NCBI GenBank assembly: GCA_021463645.1
Contig: JAJTYI010000004.1
Span: 110,277-174,276 of the forward strand
DNA length: 64,000 bases
DNA from: a bacterium
Lineage (GTDB): Bacteria; Patescibacteriota; Dojkabacteria; B142; OLB20
Direction of reading: 5' to 3'
Part shown: in pieces, positions 26,345 to 34,601 of the stretch
How the letters are laid out: each line of letters opens with the position of its first letter
How positions within the stretch are numbered: position 1 is the stretch's first letter
Position numbers and translations under genes: made by a program
Notes under the pieces: generated by a model
The model's input: the letters and a program-made list of their open reading frames with translations, nothing else
What the model was told of the DNA's origin: nothing
Databases searched by the model: none

Positions 26345-27343
26345 TTAATTCACTGCCGATTGAACAAGTTGGTCGGAATGAATTTGGACATCAAGAGAAC
26401 CTTTTTTATATGGGTCTTCGCCATCTTCATCACCAGGGTTTTCTCTAGACATACCGATAAAATCGAGCAGATTTCTTCCGGTTTTCTGATGAAATGCCAT
26501 CATAATTTCATTAAAAGTTCCCTTGTTGACCATATTGCGGATATCGTCCACAGTTATTTGTCGATCAAGTATATTGTTATTATTAAGAAGTGCTGCTAAG
26601 GCATTTCCTGCTTCTAAAGCTGTAGAATAGGTACTTCCATTGATTGAAAAAGTATAAACTTCGGGATAACCATCCGCATTTAATCCATGCTCTTGAAGCC
26701 ATAATACTTGGAATAATTCGATAGTTCTTGCTTCGCCGCTGTTAAAACTCTTTGCCCAAGACTCGGCTGTATAGCCCAAAGTTTGCCAGGTAGGCCAATT
26801 ATCCGTGACTGTTTTATATATTTGAAATCTTTGGAAAATTTCTTCTGCTGGCAAAAGTGGAGAAATTTCAGTAGCTCGATCAATTTGAAAAGCAAGATGT
26901 GTAGGAACCGGGACTCCATTTATGACCTGTACAGGAGTAGAACCTAGGCTATCACCACGGCCAAATAACAGATGTCGATTTACGCTTGGTCCCGAAGCCA
27001 CAGGAATATTACCTACAAATGCAGCAATGTCTTTAGGTGTATTACTTTGTCTTAAAGCTTCTGCGGCTGGTTGATAGTTTGTAAATATATTTTGCAAAAC
27101 TGACATGGATTCGGGTGAGGATGCTTTCTCCGAAATCTCCGGAACTTGCCTTAGATCTTGGACGGTTGTGTTCTCAGCTCCAATAGATGCAAAATTAGGC
27201 TGAGCATCGGTGTTGGAGGCAATCAAGTCAGAACTTGGAGGAAGGGATGGTTTTTCTTCCAGGACCAAGCTAGCTACGACTCGATCCTTAAATCCTTTTG
27301 TCCTTCCCAAACCGTCATACATCGGATTGATACAAGTAACCAT
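26345..27343 (-). CDS. Hypothetical protein
   Basis: 332-aa ORF, last gene of a three-gene minus-strand operon (14-nt gap to the upstream gene). No motif recognised. Confidence 0.55.
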   Translation of the reverse strand: MVTCINPMYDGLGRTKGFKDRVVASLVLEEKPSLPPSSDLIASNTDAQPNFASIGAENTTVQDLRQVPEISEKASSPESMSVLQNIFTNYQPAAEALRQSNTPKDIAAFVGNIPVASGPSVNRHLLFGRGDSLGSTPVQVINGVPVPTHLAFQIDRATEISPLLPAEEIFQRFQIYKTVTDNWPTWQTLGYTAESWAKSFNSGEARTIELFQVLWLQEHGLNADGYPEVYTFSINGSTYSTALEAGNALAALLNNNNILDRQITVDDIRNMVNKGTFNEIMMAFHQKTGRNLLDFIGMSRENPGDEDGEDPYKKGSLDVQIHSDQLVQSAVN

Positions 27344-27357
27344 ATGTACTATTCCTT

Positions 27358-30186
27358 TTAATGATGCCCTAAGATCTCACTCGACGATGTTGATGATGGT
27401 ACTTCTGGGTTCTTGTCAATTAAGAAGTTATACATTACAGCCTGAGAACGAAATATTGGAGGATAATCCGCTGAACCAATATTCCACTTCTCTTTAAAGA
27501 CTCCATCAGATACTTCTTCTTTAGTAATGACCAAAGGCATTATATTAGTTTGAAAGTATCTCTTGGCTTCATCCCAGTTTCCGCTTGGAACATCACGACG
27601 CATATGCCGGCTATCTAACGCTAAATAAACGAATTGGGTGAAAAAATAATAAGGGTCTTCGTTCGCAGGTTGGGTTATTAATCCTTTATCCATCATTATT
27701 CGATTCAACGCATTTATTTTCTGCTCGTCGTGTAGTAGACCCGCGAAATCATAAAATAAACGGTTTACTAACTTAGTATTGAAGTGTTCTAATATTTTAT
27801 TCCATTTTTCTTGGTCTTCTGGTGTCGGTTGTTCACCAAACCATACACCTCCATCTCGCCAAAACATTTTTTCCATAGTGCTATATAATGCGCTTATGTC
27901 CCTATCCGGGGTCGTTTCAAGTATCCTAGCTTCTTGTAGCATTCCTACAAATGTGTTTAGCGAGTCTACCGTAGCTTCGGGAGCGTATGGTGGATCAATT
28001 GTTATATCGGAAGCGAAAGGTTGATTGTCTACCAAAAGAGTTATAGGCGCTATCTCTCTAACTGCGCAAGTTTTAAAGATATGCCATCCTAGACTATTTC
28101 TGTCGTTTGGGTCAAAATCACCCGCTTTGTCAGAAAGTTCTTTTGTAACTAAAACACTTGTTGCTTGCTGGAATCTACTGTCATATTCATAGCTTCCTTC
28201 TGCTTTTAGAATATTAAGATGGGCGACTCTTAAATCCCTTGCTTTATGCTCATATTTTCCTACAAGGTCTTGAATATTTAATACCGCTGAACCTTCTTCG
28301 TGGTTATTGCTTGTGATTGAATGACGCATCAAGTAATTTACAAACTTTGGATTTCTAATCTGCTGCGAAAATAACCTTCTATAGAAAGCTTGAGGGTCTT
28401 TCTTTGCTTCTTGTTGCATATATTCAACTGTTCGCTGATAAGCAAACTCAGGGTTGGTTGGAATTTCAGAGACTTTGTACCAAACATCTGTATAGTTTGT
28501 TAATTGCCATAAATCCATCGTAGGAGAAATTCCGATTGCCTTGAGTGCATTTTCATTTCCTTCCGCAAATGGTCTAAGAGCTTCACCATATTTTTCTATA
28601 AAACTATCTGCTGCGGACTCCATTTCCCCTCTAATTGCCGTGACTTCTGCACGCCTTTCATTCGCCTTTTCATATGCTTCGCAGACTTGAGGATACTCTC
28701 TTTGCAGCATTTCGCTTAAAGGATTGTTCTGATACGTTCCGAAAGCTTCTGCGCGGCTTCCTGGTTCAAAGTCCATTAAACCTGTGGTCGGTTGTGATTC
28801 AAACCTAATTAAGTCATAGTGCCTTATTCCTTCTTCGGGTATGGCACTTTCCAACGGTGTTTTAATGCCTCGTTCTTTTAGTCTATTTCTGATTTGGGAT
28901 GCAAGTCCAGCTGGCCCCAATGACTCCATCACAAGGTCTTTCACCCCTAATGCCCGCGCCGCGGTTATCCCCACTTTTTGAACACGTGATACAGCAACAT
29001 CAATATTAGAAGCCTCTTTGGGTTCTTCGTAACCAGCTATATTTTCCGCGCTAATTTGTAAACTTGTTACTAGGGTAATGAAGTCAAGCTCAGCAGTATC
29101 TGACATCTCATGAAGATTGTCTACAAAACGCATATAATACGCGTCAAAGTCTTCTCCGTCTCTTTTCTCCGCGTTGTAGCAATTTTGTGCAAGTATCGCA
29201 AGATGTGTTCCTGTGCCCCTAAGTGCTTCCCCTTGGGGAGTTTCTTCTGTCCTTACCCAAACCTTTTCAGGCAGTAAGTGTTCTTTTCCGCCAAAGTGCT
29301 TTCTATAGACTTGAAGTAGAATCGACTCAGATGCTTCGTGTCGCTCGCCATCGTTTGGTATCTCTGGTCTGGTTAACGCGGCGCCAACACCTGCTTGAAA
29401 TTCCTCGGTTAAACCAACTTTGATGATTGGTGGTATGACTATTGCGGCTGTCGCCGCGGCGCCTGCGCCCCCTATAAGCCGTAAGAATTCTCTGCGGTTT
29501 ATTCCTTCTCTAGTTTTTGGTGGAATTTCCTCTCCTGGAACAATATTAGAAGTTGCGGATTTAGAAAACCAATTCTTAAATCTGGCTTTGAGTGCGCTTC
29601 CCGTGCCCCTCATTTTCCCAAGTAATGTGTAGGTATCATCGTCAAGTTTTTTTATCTCTACTGCTAATACCTCATCAAAATCCGTCTCATCTCCTTTTAG
29701 ATATGCATCAACTGGTATCCCTTCTGAATCAAGTTGTGTTCTTATTTCTTTCGCCTTTTTATATAAACTAGCAGCTGAAACTCCACCTTCCGCTGCTGTC
29801 TGCCCACTAAATTTTGTATAGAGCTCGTTCGCTTCTTGCCAAGTATTTACCCCTTGTATGCTTTGTACTGTTCTTAATAATGCCCATCCATGGTCATCAA
29901 GTTTTCCTGTCTCCTGATCTTGTTGAAGTTCGGTCTTAACAGTTTGATAAGCAACGTCTACTGCCAGTCTTAAAAGGTGATGATTCCCGCCTGTTTGTGC
30001 AAAAAAATCTTCAAAGATCCCATGAGCGTTTTCTCTTCCATCAGAAGTCAATCTAAGATGCCGCGTGTTTTCGTCTCTATAAACAGAGTCGCTATTAACT
30101 CTTCTCAAGTCGTCTTGGTATCTTGAGGAGAGCCTTAACACCTCTCCATTTAACTCCTCTTGTTCTGAAAATTTTAATAATTCCAT
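27358..30186 (-). CDS. Large hypothetical protein with internal twin-arginine-like motif and single TM segment
   Basis: 942-aa ORF. INRREFLRLIGGAGAAATAAIVIPPII at aa 229-255 (nt ~29419-29502). No catalytic motif recognised. Confidence 0.6.
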   Translation of the reverse strand: MELLKFSEQEELNGEVLRLSSRYQDDLRRVNSDSVYRDENTRHLRLTSDGRENAHGIFEDFFAQTGGNHHLLRLAVDVAYQTVKTELQQDQETGKLDDHGWALLRTVQSIQGVNTWQEANELYTKFSGQTAAEGGVSAASLYKKAKEIRTQLDSEGIPVDAYLKGDETDFDEVLAVEIKKLDDDTYTLLGKMRGTGSALKARFKNWFSKSATSNIVPGEEIPPKTREGINRREFLRLIGGAGAAATAAIVIPPIIKVGLTEEFQAGVGAALTRPEIPNDGERHEASESILLQVYRKHFGGKEHLLPEKVWVRTEETPQGEALRGTGTHLAILAQNCYNAEKRDGEDFDAYYMRFVDNLHEMSDTAELDFITLVTSLQISAENIAGYEEPKEASNIDVAVSRVQKVGITAARALGVKDLVMESLGPAGLASQIRNRLKERGIKTPLESAIPEEGIRHYDLIRFESQPTTGLMDFEPGSRAEAFGTYQNNPLSEMLQREYPQVCEAYEKANERRAEVTAIRGEMESAADSFIEKYGEALRPFAEGNENALKAIGISPTMDLWQLTNYTDVWYKVSEIPTNPEFAYQRTVEYMQQEAKKDPQAFYRRLFSQQIRNPKFVNYLMRHSITSNNHEEGSAVLNIQDLVGKYEHKARDLRVAHLNILKAEGSYEYDSRFQQATSVLVTKELSDKAGDFDPNDRNSLGWHIFKTCAVREIAPITLLVDNQPFASDITIDPPYAPEATVDSLNTFVGMLQEARILETTPDRDISALYSTMEKMFWRDGGVWFGEQPTPEDQEKWNKILEHFNTKLVNRLFYDFAGLLHDEQKINALNRIMMDKGLITQPANEDPYYFFTQFVYLALDSRHMRRDVPSGNWDEAKRYFQTNIMPLVITKEEVSDGVFKEKWNIGSADYPPIFRSQAVMYNFLIDKNPEVPSSTSSSEILGHH

Positions 30187-30197
30187 AGTTGGTATTT

Positions 30198-30518
30198 TTA
30201 GTTCAGTTTATTACCACTTAATACTTGTGTTTTTATTTTGCGCAACCTTTTCTCCAATTCTTTCTCATAGTTCTCCTCAAAATTTGCGATATTCTCTTTT
30301 ACAAACTGCCAAACTTTATCATCATTGTTTTCGCGCTCAAGCAAATCTATAAACTGTTGTCTATTTGTCTCATCGAGACTTGAGATGATGTGGTTAAAAG
30401 TAAAAGAGTTAATAAAATTCACCAACGGGCTGTTCTGGTCTTCCAACTCTTCAAACATAAGGATGTTTAGATTCAGACTGCGAACAAAATTAAGTAGTTG
30501 TATTTGTTGCGTATTCAT
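30198..30518 (-). CDS. Small acidic helical hypothetical protein
   Basis: 106-aa ORF, first gene of the minus-strand operon. A TATAAT lies on the complement of 30536-30541. Confidence 0.5.
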   Translation of the reverse strand: MNTQQIQLLNFVRSLNLNILMFEELEDQNSPLVNFINSFTFNHIISSLDETNRQQFIDLLERENNDDKVWQFVKENIANFEENYEKELEKRLRKIKTQVLSGNKLN

Positions 30519-31078
30519 ATACGTTCTTCTTGGTAATTATAGATTGTTGACAACTCACGACGCACTGCTGACGCAGTGTTTAATAATAACCTTAAATTTA
30601 TTATACACTTTTTTAATGAATTTGAGAAAACTATTTGATATGGCTCTAGACCATCAATGGTTTAAATTAAATAGATGGGCAGTTGTTGGACTCGTTCATC
30701 AACCTAGAAATAGATTTTAGATTCAATTTATTCTTCCTCTGTATTTCGGTATAATTCACTTACAAAGTTTAGTGACACCCAAACTCAGTGCTTCGGTATT
30801 GGACATGGTCAAACTATCCTATTATTTAGAAGCTGTTCGCACCGGAAAGCAATATAGAGTTAGTCAGAAACAATTAGATAAATTTTTGAAATCAGTTGAA
30901 AATAATTTAAAACGTCCCCTGTGAAATCCATATTATAAGATACTTTTCTTTTAAGCTAATTAGCTTAGGTTTGTTATTTTCGTTAAAATAGTAGTAAAAA
31001 TACTGTCCCATTCTTTGACGATATTACTGTTAATTAGGTAGATGATATTAATATTATAAATATTTATTAAAAACCGAT

Positions 31079-32380
31079 ATGCCTGAAACTGAGTATAGAA
31101 TTCCAGAAGATTACATCGCTCGCATGGCGGAAGAATTGGCAGGTTCGCAATCACTAAATTTAGTTGAAGGGGATGTACTTTTAATAAATTGTGATGAATG
31201 GGGTATTCCGCTTTATCAGAAATTAGCTAAAATCTGCGCAGATAGGGGAGTTGAATTGAGATTGGCGTACAATGGGACGCAGAATATACCGGAAGAATTG
31301 TTAAATCTTCAAAACAGAATCGCTGAGGGAGCTTTTGATGAGGGCTCCTCAGAACTAGCTGCGGAAGTAGAAAATATAGCAGGTGTTCATCTAAATGATG
31401 GAGCTAACAAGGTAATTGCATTAAGAGGGTTCCCTCCTCTCGATCTAAAAGACAGCGAGATAAGCGAGAGCTTGGGTGAGTTGTATGAAAACGCATCAAA
31501 GAAGAATCGAGAACTAAGAGGGCCAAAAGATTGGATAGTTATCTTGATACCTACCCCGGAAGAGGCAAGAATAATAGGGTTAAGTTATGAAGAATATCTG
31601 GAGATGTTCTTTAAGGCAATTGATCGAGACTATGAAACGGTTTACACAGAACAAAGTCGCGCGATAGAGAAATTGAGAAAAGGGAAAAAGTTAGAAATTA
31701 CACAACACAATCCTGACGCTCCCGAAGGTTGGCAGGATACTTATCTGGAAATAGACATAGAAGACCATTTCCGGGACGGGATAGTTAACTGGGCGAATTC
31801 AACCATAAGAAGAAATATGCCAGGAAGCGAAATTTTTACCGCTCCAAATAATGTAAACGGTGTATTTACAGTATTTGGTCCGATCTCCTTTGCTAGAGAA
31901 GTGCTAAAAGGTATGAAATGGGTAATAAAAGATAATGAAATCGACTTAGACCAATTAGAGATACTTATAGAGGGAGGAGACCAAGACTCTGCGGAATACG
32001 CAAGAATCTTAAAGGAAGTAAAGGCTGAACTTACTAAAGATGAAGGTGCGCGATTTATCGGAGAACTAGGAATCGGAACAAATCCTGTTATACAGGGCTC
32101 TCAAATTAATGCAGTTCTAGCCGAGAAGAAATTAGGATTTCATTTGGCAGCAGGGGATTCGTATGAAATTTATAACGAAAAACCCTATGCCGATGGTGTA
32201 TGGGTACATGTTGATAACGGTATTCGAAGTGCCCATCATTACGATCTACCATCTGCAAATTATGAAGGACTAACCATAAAGCTTGATGGAGAACAATTTA
32301 TGGTAAATGGAGTATTTGTTAACCCAGACGGTACTCCTGATCCTCAGTTAGCGTATATTTCTGCATCTACCGCAATTTGA
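31079..32380 (+). CDS. Aminopeptidase, M29 (AmpS/PepS) family
   Basis: 433 aa. NMPGSEIFTAP and FIGELGIGTNP match the M29 thermophilic metalloprotease motifs. Confidence 0.6.
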   Translation: MPETEYRIPEDYIARMAEELAGSQSLNLVEGDVLLINCDEWGIPLYQKLAKICADRGVELRLAYNGTQNIPEELLNLQNRIAEGAFDEGSSELAAEVENIAGVHLNDGANKVIALRGFPPLDLKDSEISESLGELYENASKKNRELRGPKDWIVILIPTPEEARIIGLSYEEYLEMFFKAIDRDYETVYTEQSRAIEKLRKGKKLEITQHNPDAPEGWQDTYLEIDIEDHFRDGIVNWANSTIRRNMPGSEIFTAPNNVNGVFTVFGPISFAREVLKGMKWVIKDNEIDLDQLEILIEGGDQDSAEYARILKEVKAELTKDEGARFIGELGIGTNPVIQGSQINAVLAEKKLGFHLAAGDSYEIYNEKPYADGVWVHVDNGIRSAHHYDLPSANYEGLTIKLDGEQFMVNGVFVNPDGTPDPQLAYISASTAI

Positions 32381-32712
32381 ATGAGCTTTTTCAATTCGGC
32401 TTCATCAATCTTATCTCCTTCTTTTAAGTCGATACCACGATGATTCTTAGAATCAAATCCAGAATTAAGTAACTTACTTTTATCTTTATCTGCGAATTTC
32501 GCCCCGTTCAGAAAGTTTAACTTTACATGAGTTTTAAATCCACATGCCGCTGCGATCATCTTGTTCCCACTCCAGACTGGGGTATTCCATTTCCATTCTT
32601 CTTTTAAATCCGGTTTAACTTCCAGTAGAAGTTTTCTAAACATGGAGATCAAATCCGCCTGCCATTTCGGCAGTTCAGAAATGTATTTGTCGATTTGTTC
32701 TGGATTGGTCAT
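32344..32712 (-). CDS. DUF1801 (YdhG-like) protein
   Basis: Likely start is Met9 of the track ORF. ISELPKWQADLISMFRKLLLEVKPDLKEEWKWNTPVWSGNKMIAAACGFKTHVKLNF is the DUF1801 pattern. Confidence 0.6.
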   Translation of the reverse strand: MTNPEQIDKYISELPKWQADLISMFRKLLLEVKPDLKEEWKWNTPVWSGNKMIAAACGFKTHVKLNFLNGAKFADKDKSKLLNSGFDSKNHRGIDLKEGDKIDEAELKKLIQIAVDAEIYAN

Positions 32713-33060
32713 ATATATACCTACTAAGATTACCAATATGATAATTTTACATGTTTTATATTTCTAACACGATTATATAGATCTGTTATATAATAAAGGA
32801 TGCTTTTGTTATATAACAAAAAATAGTACTATAGATATTTTTTATAATAGAAATATGGAGGGTGATACTTGTCCTCAAAGAGGTGACATTGTTTACTGCG
32901 AGCCAAAGGATGGTGGGATGGAGATCTCTTTTCCATGGGGGTTATCGGCGTATAGGCTGAATGAGAATGGGTACTTGATTCCTGTTGTAATAGGCCCTGG
33001 GGCGGGCATACTTACTGGGGGCGGTCAACTTTTTTTTGGAGGAGAATTACTACAAATGTA

Positions 33061-33339
33061 TATGAAGAATTACGAGCCAAATGGAACAAACAGAAAAAGA
33101 AACACGAGGATAAACTTGAAAGGATTAGCCAAGCAGACGAAGAGTATTATATTACCTCTGCAATGCTACTTGAGCTTGCGTCGAGAAGTTACGAACTATT
33201 TATGGGTTCTGAACCTGAACAAAAAAGGCGACTTATTACCCTTACACTTCAAAACCTAACCATAAAAGATGGAAAACTGCAGTATGACTGGATAAAACCT
33301 TTCGATTCTATCTTCAATTCTGCTAAGAGTCACGAATGG
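33061..33339 (+). pseudogene. Remnant of a large-serine-recombinase C-terminus (copy 2), reading straight into tRNA-His
   Basis: Translates YEELRAKWNKQKKKHEDKLERISQADEEYYITSAMLLELASRSYELFMGSEPEQKRRLITLTLQNLTIKDGKLQYDWIKPFDSIFNSAKSHEWGG. There is no catalytic N-domain or Zn ribbon upstream. The coiled-coil tail resembles tails of large serine recombinases. Confidence 0.5.
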
Positions 33340-33414
33340 GGTGGCAAATGGGACTCGAACCCACGACCTCCTCTTCCACAGAGAGGCGCTCTAACCAACT
33401 GAGCTATTGCCACC
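33337..33414 (-). tRNA. tRNA-His (anticodon GTG), CCA encoded
   Basis: The reverse complement reads G(-1)-GTGGCAA-TA-GCTC-AGTTGGTTA-GAGC-G-CCTCT-CTGTGGA-AGAGG-AGGTC-GTGGG-TTCGAGT-CCCAT-TTGCCAC-C-CCA. It has a perfect 7-bp acceptor stem, an extra 5' G opposite C73 (His identity element) and anticodon GTG. Confidence 0.9.
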
Positions 33415-33654
33415 ATCTTTGATAAATTCTTTTATCAATTCCCTCCATTGACCAGTTTTTAATTCTTTTTCTCTATCGATTGCCTCTTCCTTGGTTCTGA
33501 ACATTTCTTTATAAACTAACTCAAAAGGTATTCTGGTCTTTGTTGATTTCACTTTACCAAGATTGTGTTCACTCACCCTCTTATCAATGTCTTTGGTGTA
33601 ACCAGTATACAACTTTTGATCCTTTTTGCTTTGAATTATGTATATATAAAACAT
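33391..33654 (-). CDS. GIY-YIG nuclease superfamily protein
   Basis: 87 aa. MFYIYIIQSKKDQKLYTGYTKDIDKRVSEHNLGK...ELVYKEMFRTKEEAIDREKELK is the canonical small GIY-YIG (URI) pattern. The last 8 codons (DGGNSSVG*) are a translation of the tRNA-His 5' end. Confidence 0.85.
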   Translation of the reverse strand: MFYIYIIQSKKDQKLYTGYTKDIDKRVSEHNLGKVKSTKTRIPFELVYKEMFRTKEEAIDREKELKTGQWRELIKEFIKDGGNSSVG

Positions 33655-33668
33655 TTTATCAAATAAAT

Positions 33669-33719
33669 CGGCGCTCCCTGCCTGCCGGCAGGCAGGTAAC
33701 CAACTGAACTACAACCACC
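33669..33719 (-). pseudogene. Degenerate duplicate of a tRNA 5' segment (acceptor + D arm) interrupted by a 20-bp palindrome
   Basis: The reverse complement reads GGTGGTTGTAGTTCAGTTGGTTA-[CCTGCCTGCCGGCAGGCAGG]-GAGCGCCG. Compare GGTGGCAATAGCTCAGTTGGTTA-GAGCGCC of the intact tRNA. Confidence 0.6.
33677..33696. repeat. Perfect 20-bp GC-rich palindrome CCTGCCTGCCGGCAGGCAGG
   Basis: Self-complementary and 80% GC in an AT-rich context. It sits exactly in the D-loop position of the tRNA fragment. Confidence 0.9.
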
Positions 33720-34133
33720 AAATTTGTCACGTAAGAGATTATATCAAATTGTAAACTAGAAACTGAGGGATTAAAGAAGAAAATTGTCCGGGATTAAATC
33801 ACTGAACAAGGAACGAAGAAACAAAATGAGGTGTAACAACCCCGGATTTAATCCGGGGGAGTGTCCCGTAAAAGAGCGAACTTGTGAGCGAATTTGTACG
33901 GGACCCAACTACAAATCACGAAATAGATTATATCAAAAAGCGTTCTAGAAACTGAGGTTTTTAGTAGGAAACTTTATTAGAGATAAAATTAAGGAACTAG
34001 GAATGGAGTTTGACAATGACATGCAATCCTCCCTTGTTTGATAAATATCATTATATACTTGTCAAAGTCCCTAGCGATTTTACAATTAGGTTTTGTAGCT
34101 GTATAATCCCGATATATTTTTTATCCAATAACT

Positions 34134-34436
34134 ATGCCAGATTTAAATCTCGGTCGACACTTAGATGATATGAGTATTGATAATATCTTAATCGGTGAAG
34201 CAGCCCAAGTTGAGTTCGAAACAAGATATCTCAATGAACCCTCCTTAATAGATATAGGAAGTCAGAGGTTTAGATTTGAAGAAGTAAGACGAGAACAGCT
34301 ACGAGAGAGTTTTGCATTTGGTTTAAATCATGGTTTAAGGAACGAGTCTCTTGATACAACAAACCAACCAGAAAATCCTTATGAGCAAAGATTTGTAGGG
34401 TATGGTTATAGTTATGGATCAAGCATAGTGAATTGA
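34134..34436 (+). CDS. Orphan small protein
   Basis: 100-aa ORF. TATAAT at 34102-34107. No motif. Confidence 0.4.
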   Translation: MPDLNLGRHLDDMSIDNILIGEAAQVEFETRYLNEPSLIDIGSQRFRFEEVRREQLRESFAFGLNHGLRNESLDTTNQPENPYEQRFVGYGYSYGSSIVN

Positions 34437-34548
34437 AAATGTAAGTTATAAGTACTTTGCGGAGAGGTACTTAAACTAGAATCAGTCCTTCCTAGATTTA
34501 CTGCATTAGTTAGTTATTCTCTAAATTGGAGTATTAACTTTTTATAAC

Positions 34549-34577
34549 TTGATACAAATATCTCTACCCAATATACT
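34549..34577 (+). promoter_or_regulatory. Sigma70-type promoter TTGATA-N17-TATACT
   Basis: -35 at 34549-34554 and -10 at 34572-34577, 24 nt upstream of the ATG at 34602. Confidence 0.45.
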
Positions 34578-34601
34578 TAAGTATTCATTATCTCTATAAC
34601 T

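Larger units (their letters stand above)
25164..33336. mobile_element. Decayed genomic island C bounded by the two tRNA-His copies
   Basis: 75-nt near-identical tRNA sequences at both ends. A recombinase C-terminal remnant (33061-33339) abuts the intact tRNA. By eye the cargo looks more GC-rich than the flanks (not computed). Confidence 0.4.

Noticed and set aside
30325-30720. 131-aa + ORF spanning the start of 30198-30518 and the intergenic region
   Set aside because: Antisense to a better ORF for its first half and the rest is AT-rich spacer. The C/L/F-rich translation shows no motif.
32855-33259. 134-aa + ORF MEGDTCPQRG...
   Set aside because: Its 3' half overlaps, out of frame, the better-supported recombinase remnant. 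Its 5' half has Gly-rich low complexity and a T8 run (33030-33037). This is probably a chimeric or decayed sequence, and there is insufficient support to call a CDS.
33163-33402. 79-aa + ORF listed in the track
   Set aside because: It is the tail of the recombinase remnant reading through into the complement of tRNA-His (…HEWGGKWDSNPRPPLPQRGALTN). It is not an independent gene.
33840-33925. Hairpin-rich segment upstream of the GIY-YIG gene as a second complete tRNA
   Set aside because: The acceptor ends do not pair (5' TTGTAGTT against 3' TTGTTACACC), and no anticodon arm could be drawn. It is treated as degenerate repeat plus inserted hairpins.
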